Source: the human T2T-CHM13v2.0 reference genome, Homo sapiens
NCBI RefSeq assembly: GCF_009914755.1
Contig: NC_060925.1
DNA length: 64,000 bases
Strand: one strand, 5' to 3'
This document shows positions 1-13,020 of this stretch, piece after piece. The translations under genes were made by a program, and so were the position numbers. Below the pieces are notes generated by a model. It worked only from the letters and a program-made list of their open reading frames with translations, had not been told where the DNA came from and did no database searches. Position 1 is the first letter of the stretch, and every line of letters starts with the position of its first letter.

Positions 1-3000
1 GCCTTGTAATATAGTTTGAAGTTGAGTAACATGATGCCTCCAGCTTTGTTCTTTTTGCTTAGGATTGCCTTGGCTACTCAGGGTCTTTTTTGGTTCCACA
101 TGAATTTTAAAATAGTTTTTTCTAGTTCTGTGAAGAATGTCATTGGTAGTTTGATAGGAATAGCATTGAATCTGTAAATTGCTTTGGGCAGTATAACCAT
201 TTTAATGATATCAATTCTTCCTATCCATGAGCATGGGATGTTTTTTCCATTTGTTTGTGTCTTCTCTGATTTCTTTGAGCAGTGTTTTGTAAACCTCATT
301 ATAGATATCTTTCACCTCCCTGATTATCTGTATTCCTAGGTATTTTATTCTTTTTGTGGCACTTATGAATGGGATTGCCTTTCTGATTTGACTCTTGTTT
401 TGGCTGTTGTTGATGTATAGAAATGCTAGTGATTTTTGTACATTGATTTTGTATCCTGCAAATTTGCTGAAGTTGTTTCTCAGCTGGAAGTGCTTTTGGG
501 CTGAGACTCTGTGGTTTTCTAGATATAGAATAATGTTGTCTGCCAATAGAGACAGTTTGATTTCCCCTCGTTGTATTTGGATGCGCTTTTTTCTTTCTCC
601 TGCCTGATTGCTCTGGCTAGGACTTCCAATACTATGTTGAGTGAAGTGGTAAGAGAGGGCATCCTTGTCCTGTGCCAGTTTTCAAGGGGAATGCTTCCAA
701 CTTTTTCCCATTCAGTAAAATGTTAGCTGTGGGTTTGTCACAAATGGCTTTTATTGTTTTGAGGTATGTCCTTCAATGCCTAGTTTATTGAGAGTTTTTA
801 ACATGAAGGGGTGTTGAATTTTATGTAAAGCCCTTTCTTCATCTGTTGAGGTAATCATGTGGTTTTTGTCTAGTTTTGTTTATGTGGTGAATCACATTTA
901 GCAAATAAAAACAAGTCTGCTTATATTGAACCTACCTTGCATCCCGAGGATGAAGCCTACTTGATCATGCTAGATTAGCTTTTTGATGTGCTGCTGGATT
1001 CTGTTTGCAAGTATTTTGTTTGAATTATTGCACAGATGTTCATCAAGGATATTGACCTGAAGTTTTCTTTTTTTGTTGTGTCTCTGACAGGTTTTGGTAT
1101 CAAGATGATGCTGGCCTCATAGATTAAGTTGGGGAGGAGCCTCTCTCAATTTTTTGGAATGGTATCTGTAGGAATGGTACCAGTTTTTCTTTGTACATCT
1201 CATAGAATTTGACTGTGAATCCATCAGGTCCTGGGCTTTTTTTTGGTTGGTAGGCTATTTATTACTGATTCAATTTTGGAGCTTGCTGTTGGTCTGTTCG
1301 GAGAATCGATTTCTTCCTGACTGAGTATTAGAGGATGTATGTGTCCAGGAATTTATCTATTTCCTCTAGGTTTCCTAGTTTTTGTGCATAGAGGTGTTAG
1401 TAGTCGTTTCTGATGGTTGTTTTTATTTCTGTGGGTTAAGTAGTAACATTCCCTTTAGCATTTCTAATTGTGTTTATTTGGATCTTCTCTCTTTTCTTCT
1501 CTATTAGTCTAGTTAGAGGCCTGTCTTATTAATTTTTTCAAAAAATCAACTCCTGGATTCATTGTTCTTTTGAATGGTCTTTTGTGTCTCAATTTCCTTC
1601 AGTTAAGCTTTAATTTTTGATATTTCTCATCTTCTGCTAGCTTTGGGATTGATTTGTTCTTGCTTCTCTAATTATTTCAGTTGTAAATTCAGGTTGTTAA
1701 TTTGAGATCATTCCAACTTTTTGATGTAGGCATTAAGTGCTATGAATTTCCCTCTTAACGCAGGCTTGGCTGTGTCCCAGAGATTCTGGTGTGTTGTATC
1801 TGTGTTCTCATTATTTTCAAAGAACTTCTTGATTTCTGCCTTAGTTTTATTATTTACCCAAAAGTCATTCAGGAGTATGTTGTTTAATTTCCATGTAATT
1901 GCATGGTTTTTGAGTGATTTTTCATAGTCAACTTCTATTTTTATTGTAGTGTGGTTCAAGGTTGTGTTTAGTATTATTTCAGTTCTTTTTCATTTGTAGA
2001 GGATTATTTTATGTCCAATTATATGGTCTATTTTAGAGTACATGCCCTGTAGCAAGGAGAAGAATGTATATTTTGTTGATTCTGGATGGAGAATTCTGTA
2101 AGGGTCTATCAGATCCATTTTGTCCATGTCGAGTTTAGGTTCTGAATATCTTTGTTAATTTTCTACCTTGTTGATCTGTCTAATACTGTCATGGGAGTGT
2201 TGAAGTCTCTTCCTATTATCATGTGGGAGTCTATGTCTCTTTGTAAGTCTTTAAGAACTTCCTTTATGAATCTGGGTGCTCCTGTGTTGGGTGCATATAT
2301 GTTTAGGATAGTCTTCTTGTTGAATTGAATCCTTCACCATTATGTAATGCCCTTCTTGTCTTTTTTGATATTTGTTGGTTTGACATCTGTTTTGTCTGAA
2401 ATTAGGATTGCTATCCCTGCTTTTGCCTGTTTTCCATTTGTTTGGTAGATTTTCCTCTATCCCTTTATTTTGAGCCTATGATTGTCATTACATGTGAGAT
2501 ACATGTAATGACAAGACAGCATACTATTAGTTCTTGCTTTTTTATCCACTTTGCCACTCTGTGCCTTGTTGAGTGGGGCATTTGGTCCATTTACATTCCA
2601 GGTTAGTATTGATATGTGTGGATTTGATCCTATTATTGTGCTGTTAGCTGGTTATTACATAGGCTTGTTTGTGTGGTTGCTTTACAGTGACACTGGTCCA
2701 TGTGTTTAAGTGTGTTTTTGTTTTAGCTGGTAGTGGTCTTTCCTTTCTATATTTCATGTTCCTGTCAAGATCTCTTTTAAGGCAGATCTGGTGGTAATGA
2801 ATTCCCTCAACATTTTCTTATCTGAAAATTATCTTGTTCCTCCTTCACTTACGAAGCTTAGTTTGGCTGTATATGAAATTCTTGGTTGAAGATTTTTTCT
2901 TTAAGAATGTTGAATATAGGCCCCCAATCTCTTCTGGCTTATAGGGTTTCAGCTGGGAGGTTCACTGTTATCCTGATGATGTTTTCTTTGTAGGTGACCT

Positions 3001-4872
3001 GCCCTGTCTCTCTAGTTGCCTTTGAAGTTCTTTCTTTCATTTTGACCTTGGAAAATCTGACAGTTATGGCCTTAGGATAATCTTCTTGGGTAGAATCTTG
3101 CAGGAGTTCTCTGTATTTCCTGAATTTGACTGTTGGCCTCTCTAGCAAGGTTGGTGAAGTTTTTATGGACAATATCCTGAAATATGTTTTCCAAGTTATT
3201 TGCTATCTCCTCTTCCCTTTCAAGGATGCCAGTGATTTGTAGATTTGGCATCTTTACATAAACCCATATTTCTTGGAGGTTTTGTTCATCCCTTTTTATT
3301 CTTTAATTTATTTTTTTCTGATTGTCTTATTTCAGAGAACCATTCTTCAAGTTCTGAGATACTTTTCTCAGCTTGGTTTATTCTGCAGTTAATACTTGTG
3401 ACTGCATTCTTGTATTGTGTTACTCATTTCTGTCAGACTCATTAGATTCTTTTTATACTGGCTATTTTGTCCTTCAGCTCCTTTTTGCCTTATTGTGATT
3501 CTTATTTTCTTGGATCGGGTTTTGTCATTCTCCAGAATCTTGATGATCTCTGTTCCTGTCCATATTCTGAATTTTATTTCTGTCATTACAGCCCGTTCAG
3601 CCTGGCCATTTGGAGGACATATGGCACTCTGGCCATTTTAGTTACCACAAAGTTCTTGTGTTGGTTCTTTCCCATCTCTGTGTGTGGGTGTTCCTTTTAA
3701 TGGCAGTATAGATTGAGTACAGTCAATAGACTTCTTTTTTGGATGCTTTCACCAGGCTGAGGCTTTGTGCAAGGTCTTTATTTGAAGCTGCCTTTTTGTC
3801 TCTGGTTTAAGAGGATGATATGTTAGTGAGGTATTTTTGGTGTTGAAGCTTTAGGGTGTGATCCAGCAGGTGGCACTTAGGCTTATTGGTCAGTTGGTAG
3901 ACTCTTGCTCAGTCATGTGGCTCCCCTATGTTTCCTCACAGTTACAGCCGTGTTCTCTCTCAATGCTCTGAAAGTGTGGGATCCTCTCCCCCTTGAGTGC
4001 TGGCTGTAGATCATGACTTGGTACTCCTTGGCTGCCCACTGCAGCTCTGGGGTGATCTGTGTTTATCTTTCTTCCCCAACTTGGAGACAACAGAGGAAGG
4101 GAAGTTAGTAGTGGTCATGGTCTAGGGTTGTTTGCTTGACTCCTGGGGCCTTCACCCCAAAGAGATGCAGGTCAACAATTGCTCAGTGCAATCAGACCAG
4201 AATAGAGGGTCTGTGCTATGGGCCCAAGCCAGGGGTTCCCTGTGTGGTGATGAGCAGTGGGGGATGTGTGGGACCCATGGGAGATGGATTGGCCTCCTCT
4301 CCTTGGGTTGACTACAGCTTGTTGTAGTGTGAATAAGGCACTTAGGGTTTTTACTCCTTCATTAGTGCAAGGGTAGCAAGGGCAGTTCCACTGCAAAGGC
4401 AATGGCAGAGAGGCTTTCAGTTGCCCCTGGGGGCCTGGTCCAAGGAATTTCCGAATTGCTACTGGCTTGATAGCTCTGGCAGGGGTTGGCTGGAGGCCCA
4501 GGCCTGGAGGACCTGTCTAGTGAGGAGATATGGGAACGGACACCCATGTAACAGTCTGTCTACTTTTCTATAGGGCTGCTGTGGCATGCTTTGGTTCCAC
4601 TCCAATTTCTAGTTGCCTTGGATTTTCCTGTACCTGGGGGTATCACCAGTGAAGGTGCTTCCCTGCAAGAAGGAGGTTCCCCTGGCTCCGTGTTGCTCCC
4701 GGGTGGGCCATTGTCCTGTCTTGCTTTTCTTTATTCTCTGTGGATCAAGTTATTTTCTTGATTAGCCCCAATGTGAGTACCTGGATGTTTCAGTTGAAGT
4801 TGTTGTATTTACTTGCCCTGTTCATTCCTCTCCATGAGAGGCATGCACACTAGCTACTTCTAGTAAGCCATC
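1..4872 (-). mobile_element. LINE-1, older primate lineage (L1PA13-16/L1PREC2/L1PB era): 5'UTR, ORF1 and 5' part of ORF2, runs off the window start
   Basis: Minus-strand ORF fragments match ORF2 ([31 protein letters not shown]; [10 protein letters not shown]; [19 protein letters not shown]) and ORF1 (MTEIKFRIW..). GC-richer 5'UTR at ~3700-4872 ends ...ctagtaagccatc. Many stops and frameshifts. Confidence 0.93.
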
Positions 4873-4873
4873 A

Positions 4874-5155
4874 TGCTTTATCTGGTTTTGATTTTAGAGT
4901 AATACTAGCCTCATAGGATGAGTTAGGAAGTGTTCCTTCTGTTTTTATTTAAAAGAGTTTGTAAAGAATTGGTATAATTTCTTCTCTAAATGTTTGGTGC
5001 AATTCATCTGTGAAACCATCTAGGCCTGGTGCTTTATTTTTTGAAGATTATTAGTTATTGAATCAATTTATGTAATAGATCTAGGCCTATTGAGATTATC
5101 TATTTCTCTTTATGTGAGTTTTACTAGATTATGTCTTTCAAGGAATTGGTTAATC
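4874..5155 (-). mobile_element. Older L1M ORF2 fragment abutting the L1 5' end
   Basis: ttatctggttttg..taatactagcctcataggatgagttaggaagtgttcc..tgtgaaaccatctaggcctggtg is degraded antisense L1 ORF2. Confidence 0.75.
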
Positions 5156-7099
5156 ACGCTTTCAAATATCCTACTTATTACCCATATATACTTTTGATAT
5201 GATATATTTCACACTTCATTACTTTATATATGTATTTCTTTTACTAAATTGTGGGGTTCTTGAAGGTACAAACCATGTTTTTAAATTTTGCCTCCTTAAG
5301 ACTTAGCGCGGTAACTGGACATTTCAACCAATGTTGACTGAAATGAACTGAATTTCTCCAGATTGTCAACTGGGCGTGAGAACTATGTCTGAGAACACCA
5401 CAGATATAAGAAGAAGAACATAAGACTATTATTTATATTATAGATTTTACATTTGATAAAGGTTTAATCTACCAAGTTCTTTTAACTGGTTTGTTTCTGT
5501 GTAGCATTTTAATGTTGGACTGTAGACAATTTACTGCTTGAGAAAAGGTTGACTGAGAGTGAATCAGGGATATCTGAAGTTAAAGAGTTTAATTCAAAGT
5601 GATGATGTTTATCATTGAAGGAAGTATTACTAGAATTATAAAAATGTGACTCACCCTTTTCCAAATTTCTAGAAATTATCTGTTGCATAAAACAGAACAC
5701 ACCTGAATAGACACAATAACCATATAACTGGGGCTCTACTGGGGCTAACGGATCATTAAAAATTACAAAACAGGAAGTTAGACTTGTAATTTAAACTTCT
5801 GCTTAGTCTTTGGCTGTAATTAAATATTATGTTCAGGACAAAGAATGAGCTGGAGGGTCTCTTCAATCTCTGCTGTGATCTGCTAACTGCTATTGTTTAA
5901 TTGAGGTACCTCGTGTTCCCCAAAGGCTGAGCCACAAGCTGCTCTTTCCAGACGCTGTGTTTAGATTCCTTGTGAGCCCTCAAGTGCTGCATCCGCTGAG
6001 AATTGGTGTTGCATTTCATTGATGTGTTCCGCCTCTTTTGGTCAGATAAACCGAAGCATAAACATTGTGCTGACAAACCCGGGTCGCAGAGTGGTTTTTG
6101 GTCGCTGAACTGCCCAAGCAGATTATTAAGGGAACAGCATTTTAGCAGCAACAGCAAGTTGTTTATATGATATCTGATCCCAGACATTTTGCATATCTTT
6201 AACATGATATGAATCTATTTTTGAGGTTTGTAATGATTATGGTAAACAACCAGATTTCCTTGTGAAGTAGACTCATGTTATTTCTCAGAATTTATCACAT
6301 TATTTATCTGTATTTCTTCCCTGTAGTCTGTGAAGTTAGCTTTTGTATAATAGGGTGTGTGTATTTATTTACAAGAAAATTACTCTATGTGTTAAAATAA
6401 TGTTTAGCCTTGTTTTCTTCTTATTATTAAATAGTGTGTTCTATATGGGTTGGTACCAGACTAAAATTTGTATAATCACTCAGCAAAAAGGCTAAATGTT
6501 ATAATGTATAAATTCTGATGTAAGTTTGATGGTTAAATTGGTTATTTATGTTGTGTATAAGGTTTGCAAGGCTACTTAACCAGCTTGATTCTTCATTTCC
6601 ATCACTATAAAGTGGATAAAACTGTATGCCACATTTTTAAAGGTGAAAAGATTATTGATATTTTTATGTAAAATGGCTGGTACCAAGGGTGTCATTGCTA
6701 TTAAACATATACTTCTGCAGGCAGAGGTTTTTACTGTCATGAAAAAGATTTTCTTAGCAGTATGCAACATCTCCCAGTGCTATGGCATATTTTGACAGAG
6801 ACCAGGTGTGCTACTTTTCTTCTGTATAATTGAGCCATGTCAAGGAAACATCACAATATAATGGCCTTTGTGAATTTATTTTGAAACTTAAAACTGGCAT
6901 ATTTTTGGTATGTTTTATTGTTTTTAGTGATATTGTCTTCTAGAACCTTAACTATTTTGCATAAACTGATACAAGCAGTGCATTATTTGTTCTCAAAAAA
7001 TACACCTAATTGTGTTAATATAAGACTAAGAGGACTAGTGCAGTGCTCCTAAAATAGCAGTGTGGAGACCTAACAGCAATTATTTTTGTATTTCCAGAC

Positions 7100-7595
7100 T
7101 TGAATTATTTCCACTTCCATAGAATAAAATTTCTGTTCCCCTCTTGAGCATCACTACTTGAACAACTTGCAGGCCTCTGAAACTCAGCCCACTCAAAACT
7201 CACCAAAACTAAATTGGTTTATTTTTTGCCTTTGCCTCCATGCCCTGCAAACCTATTGCTCTTCTGCATGTTCTATCTTTGCTAATGGCCTCAGCAGCCA
7301 CACGTTTCTCCCAAACTACACGTCCTCAGAGTCCCTGTGGGTGTATCTTTCTCCTTCTAAAAAAACAGTATATTAAACTTGCCTTCAAATCCTGATGGTC
7401 TTTTCTTTCTCAAATACGGTCCCTCCTCTCAATCTTCTGGCTCAGACCACATGCTTACCATAATGTCTCTGGGCCATTACAGCGGCATCCTGAATGTTCT
7501 ACCCTCCACACCACATTGTGATTATAAAAACACAGATGTGATCATGTCACTTCCCTGGGCAAAACATCTGCTGCCTCTTGATTGTCCACTACATG
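7100..7595 (+). mobile_element. L2 fragment (degraded)
   Basis: Pyrimidine-rich L2-like motifs (caaaactaaatt..; gatcatgtcacttccctgggcaaaacatc). Confidence 0.5.
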
Positions 7596-7598
7596 GGA

Positions 7599-7850
7599 CA
7601 GTGTTTTACAAGTTACAGGTTGCAGGCTTTTAATAAGTAGTGAATTCAAATTAGTGAATTACATTCAGCTATTAAAATATAATGGAAAAGAAAATAGTAG
7701 AGTGTATCACATTTAGTAAAGACATTGTTCTGTGAAACTCTGTTCTAGTTGTATTTTTCTGTATAAACGTGCATGTGTTTTGGTACTGTTTCATGATGTA
7801 AAATGTACTTCTGATCATGGGTAATAGTCTTGAAAGTTTGAAAACCATCA
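7599..7850. mobile_element. hAT-Charlie-type MER element
   Basis: TIR-like ends cagtgttttacaa ... aaagtttgaaaacca, ~250 bp. Confidence 0.55.
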
Positions 7851-8033
7851 GAATAGAGGGTAAATTCAAACTTTTTATCAGGGCATAATCTTTTATAATC
7901 TTCCCAGGTTACCTTTTGCTATCATCTCTAGCCACCTCCTTGGAGAAGCCTATTCCTATTTCCATTTCAAGAACACACTATATTTCCCTGGCATGAACTT
8001 TGCCTTTATTCAAGCTAGCTCGTCTAAATGGAC

Positions 8034-9478
8034 TACCAGTTCTTACACTTTTTAGTCTCAGGATCTGTTTAAACTCTTAAAAATATTGAATACCCCTTAG
8101 GAGCTTTGTTTAAGTGGACTATAAACTACATTTATCAACACGAAACATACCATAAATTAAAATGGAGAATTTTAAGAAACATGTATTAATATTAAAAATA
8201 ATAATGAATCCCTTATATGTTATCCTAAGTGATACATTTTTGTGAAAAAAATCTGTATTTTCCAAAACAAAACAAAATTAGAAGAGTGACATTGCTTTAT
8301 ATTTTTGCACATCTCTTTAATGTCTGAATTAACAGAAGACAGATTCCCATATCTGCTTCTGTGTTCACTCTATTGCTATGTGTTGTTTTGGTTGAATGAT
8401 ATGAAGAAAATTCAGCCTGTAATGAATATATAGTCGGGAAAGGAATGAGTATTTTGATAACCTTTTCAGATTATTTTGTAGATATTCTTCTTTAATACTA
8501 CACCAAAACTCAACAAGTGATAGTTCCTTAAACATTAGTTGCAATGAGTCTGATACCCTACCAATTAACTTTTCACAGTACATGACATTAAAATCTATTG
8601 ATAAGTCTCCTTTGCACCTTGAATGGATCTTTTACCCATGCATGAATTTGCAGTATCATGCGTTGGTCATTTGAAGCATATTGGTTCCCTGAATAATATG
8701 TAAATCTTCCAAATTTTCACTCATTTCATTATACATCAAAAAATTACATTAGTTTATATCACCACTGATTGCATCAAATAAGTCTTTAAATATTGGGATG
8801 CTTTCAAGCTTACTATGACAGATACAAGTTTTGCAAAATTCGAATTTTTACTTACAGGCTGTAATTTTAGGATTGGAATCCAATACTATCAGCTGTTTTC
8901 CTTGACATGTTATACAACTGAATTAAGGTTTCATGGGACAGTAACCACAGCTTGTGATACATTTGAATTACTGTAGTTTGTCAGTGATTCTTTCAAGTAA
9001 ATATAGTGTTTTTTGAAAAAAGCACAACTCAAACAATCACACAAGTGTTTTTCCTTGAAACAAGCATTGAACTGCAGGAAGCAGAAGAAATGTTTTATGT
9101 CTACTTCCTCTTTTCTTTGCACAGATATTAAAAAGTCACATATTAAAAGGTCAAGATTGTTAAAAATTAATAATTTTTACTGTTGTATCAAGGATTTGCC
9201 TAAATAATACTGCTTTTTTTTTCTTTTACTGCAAGTACCTGGCATTGAAGAACACCACTGCAGGTACAATTTGGTGCCACTGCTGTCTTGTGCTAAGGCA
9301 CCAGCAGTTTTACCCACCTTTTCTTCTGCACCATCAGTGCAAACGTCAACATAGTGAAAAAGGCAAATAAGAAGTTAATATTATTATGAGATAGTCTTCC
9401 TATGGGCCTTTTATCTGGGTACCCTAAAAAGATCTTGCTGACACCCAGGAGCTGTTGTTTATACTTTGAGAACTGCTC
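8034..9478 (-). mobile_element. Charlie1a-type hAT DNA transposon (internally deleted)
   Basis: Ends taccagttcttacacttttt.. and ..ctttgagaactgct resemble Charlie1 TIRs; ~1.45 kb. ORF 8365-8583 encodes a hAT C-terminal dimerisation remnant (SDSLQLMFKELSLVEFWCSIKEEY). Confidence 0.85.
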
Positions 9479-10990
9479 ACCTGAAGTATCTTCTCTAAAC
9501 CTATTTCGTACTTGGAAAATTTGTATTCAGACCTAAAGATCAGGCTCAAATGTTATATACTTTGTGAAGCTTACTGAAGCTCCCCAGATTAATTTGTCAC
9601 TACTCCTCTGAGTTTCTGTATATTGTAGTCCCTATCACATTTCTCTTTGTCCATGAGGTGCTCCTGTTACGGACTGAGCTTTATTTCTCTACTACCCACA
9701 AATGCCTGGTAGATGCTCAGGATTTCTTAAGGAGCAGAAGCCTGTACCCACTCATTACACATTCTGGCTTTTGTTATTCTCCCCCAAGTCTAACACAGGG
9801 TCAGAAGGAGAATAATTACTGCCTGAGGCAAGTAATTTTCTGAGGCAAGCAGGGACATTTCACCAACATGTCCTTAGTGCTACTTCCACAGGTATCAGAA
9901 AACACTGACGTGATGCCTAGGGTTCCAGTGTTATATTGACATTGTGACACTAATGCAGATAGCACCAAAAAAGCTACTGTTCAATAAGTGTGTGAATAGT
10001 TCCCCTGTATTCTTTAGTCCAAACCTTGATACAGGTCAAAAGGTCATTTTAGGTAACTCCACCCTAACTGAAGATGCCCTTGGATCTCCTAGTTCTCATA
10101 TAATTTTCATGGGAACTTAATTGAATATTTTTTAAAGTTTTATTTCTTATTTTTGTTCTAGAAACATTTGTTTAGCATTTACCATGTGTCAGGTGCTCAG
10201 CATTCAAAGGTAGGCAGGACATGAACTCTGCTTTCAAGGCAGAGTAACAGGGAGAGCAACAGGAGAAAGGCATTGAATTTGGTTCTCAGATTTATACTGC
10301 TTTTATTTTCTGTATTTTGAAATTTGGAAGTTAAGTGAGTTTTCTTGTTTCTTTGTTTTTATGTGTATGCTTTATTAATGAATGCTTAGATTATAAAGGT
10401 TGTCGTAGATATTTCAGTTGTAAATGTCCTTCTCCTCCTGTGTTTAAAACAGTGTTGAGTTTGTTTTTGGAAATCTGAGTTTCAGAGTAAGGCTTCTAGA
10501 ATTTAAAAAATCACCTTAACATATTATTTACAAAAATATGTCATAGTATCTCAGCATTGATTTTTCAACTTTATATTAGCTTCATGCTTTTTAGAGAATA
10601 CAAAGAAAGTGTGTACTTCTTTAAGTGTAATATTTCTTTTTTAAAAAACTGCCTTTACTTCCATTTTGAGTTATACAGTAACAATGCTAAGTTTGTATAG
10701 CTTTATGTAGAAAGTGAAAAAAAAAATCCTTGCTTGTCCAAAGAGTTTACTATTTTTTGAATGAGACAGAACAAGCACAAAGATGTTTATATAAACCCAA
10801 GTGAGAATTTTGACTGATAGTATCTCAACTACAAATTGCAGTTTTTCCGCAAGATTTAGAAGAGAGGAGACCACAAGTAGTAGAAGACAGAAAACAGACA
10901 CAGCAGAACTTTTGGCTTTGCTCTTTAAATGTAAGGATCTACTTCTAAAATCAGTCCTCATGTATTTTTATCTAGATCATGTTTTGCTGA

Positions 10991-11366
10991 TGTGATGATT
11001 AATTTTATGCATCAACTTGGCTAGGCCACTATACCCAGAAATTTGGTCAAACACCAGTCTAAATGTCACTGTAAGGGTATTTTTTAGATTAGATTAGCAT
11101 TTAAATTAATAGATTTAGAGTAAAGCAGGTTTACCCTCCATAATGTAGGTGGGGTTTATCAATCAGTTGAAGGCTAAGTCTGAGATCTCCGAGGAAAAGT
11201 GGATTTGCCTTCAGATTCAAGCTGCAGCATCAACTCTTTTCTGGGTCTCCGGCTTTTCATCCTTTTGTGCAGATTTTGGACTTCCCAGCCTCCATAACCA
11301 TGAGAGCAAATTCATTAAAATAAGCTATTTCTACATACCCTATTTGCTTTCTAGAAAGCTCCAATA
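10991..11366 (+). mobile_element. MLT2 (ERVL) solo LTR
   Basis: Starts tgtgatgattaattttatgcatcaacttggctaggcc..atttggtcaaaca; internal gagtaaagcag..ccctccataatg. Confidence 0.85.
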
Positions 11367-11682
11367 GGGTACAGGAAGCTTGCCCATGTATTTGGTCTTA
11401 CGTTAGCCCAAGGAACAAGATGCTGCCTTCCTCTCCGCTACTCCTTGACACTGCTAGGCTTAGTCTCTTGGAAGTCATAATAATGTATCATTTTCAGATG
11501 ACAATGCAGATTTCAAAGCACTTGCACGTTTGTGCATGATCAACTATTTCTGTAGAAGTATTCAGAAAGAGTGAGGACTAGGGACCCATGGGGAAAATAA
11601 AATTTGTTGAAATACATGGATCCAGGTAGAAAGGAAGCGACTGGTGGAAGAAGCAACAGAAGAGAGAAGGTTGGGAAAGCTC

Positions 11683-12093
11683 TGTCATGTGCTGAGTTGT
11701 GTGTGTCCCCCACCCCCAAATTCATATGGTGAAGCTCTAACCCTCAGTGCCAGAATGTTACTGTATTTGAAGATAAGGTCTTTAAACAGGTGATTAAGTT
11801 AAAATGAGGTAATCACAGGGGACCCTAATCCAGTTTGACTGATATCCTTATAAGAAGAGTAATTTTGACATACAATGAGACACCAAGGTCCCCACACAGA
11901 GGAAAAACCCTGTGAGGGCACAGCAAGAAGGTAGTTATCTGCAAGCCAAGGGGAGAGGCCTCAGGAGAAATCAAACCTGCTGACACCTTGATCTTGGACT
12001 TCTAGCCTTCAGAATCATGAGAAAATCATTTTACATTGTTTAATCCACCCAGTCTGTGGTGTATTGTTATGGTAGCCCTAGCAAAATAATACA
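11683..12093 (+). mobile_element. MLT1B/C (MaLR) solo LTR
   Basis: tg..cccccaaattcatat..gattaagttaaaatgagg..ctgctgacaccttgatcttggacttctagcct..gcaaaataataca. Confidence 0.88.
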
Positions 12094-12669
12094 GGCACCA
12101 AGGGTGAATATTGATCATTTTTCAACTTTACTTATACTAGATATGATTCTGGTTTATTAAACATTTCTGTTTACCCAGGAGCCAAGTGAGTGGTTCTCAA
12201 GAACTACCCTGGATAGACTACACTGACTGGTCTCTGAGGCCAGGGTGATTATTGCTATTTGCATTAAGCAAGGAGAAGACTCTTCCATATCTCCCAAGGG
12301 CCCAATAGCAATGCACTTCTGTGTCTGACGGTGCTCCTACCTTGGTCCATGCTGATCCACAACTGCAGCTCCAGAAATGGCTTGTAAGCACATATAACCA
12401 GTGAGCCATACATTACAGGGCACTTCAAACAGCCCAGTGATTTTTCAGTCTAATATTTCCCAGGCCATTTTTTTCCTCATCTGGAAAATGCAGTTACTGA
12501 TGTCTGGGTTTAAATAGCTAAGTAGATTTGTAAAATTTAAAAAATTAAAATAATTTTAAAGATTATTAATTGTAAGATGATATAATACAACCATCAAAAT
12601 GCACTAGCAAGTGATTCTTTATTGTTTTGATGCTTTTCCATTTTAATAGTAATAATTACATAATAATAA

Positions 12670-12920
12670 TATTGTAGCTAACACTTACTGTTTACTGTGT
12701 GCCAAACACCATTCTAACCTCATTACAAGATGTTAAATTTGAAATATGTTGACATAGACTGTCTCATTTAATTCTTGTAACAAAGATGTGAGTTAGGTAA
12801 GGAAGGAATTATTCCCATTTTGCAGATGAGAAAGTTGAGACTTAGCAAAGTTCACTTTTTTAAATCAAGGTTACCCTTCTAGTAAATGGCAGAGTTTGAA
12901 GCATAATTTAAGTCTTCAGA
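12670..12920 (-). mobile_element. MIR
   Basis: Core cccattttgcagatgagaaagttgaga..aaggttac..ctagtaaatggcagag. Confidence 0.75.
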
Positions 12921-13001
12921 TTCCTAAGTTACTGATTTTTGCAAACAATTCTCTTATAAATGACATCAAATATATAGGTAATTAAGAGTAAGAGAGCGTG
13001 C

Positions 13002-13020
13002 TTTTTTTTTTTTTTTTTTT
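13002..13020. repeat. Poly-T tract
   Basis: T19 run. Confidence 0.9.

Noticed and set aside
6721-6805. Possible 85-nt exon
   Set aside because: Weak pyrimidine tract and donor, frame-shifting length, unrecognised peptide.
8365-8583. Domesticated hAT transposase
   Set aside because: Only a frameshifted C-terminal remnant within a non-autonomous Charlie1 copy.
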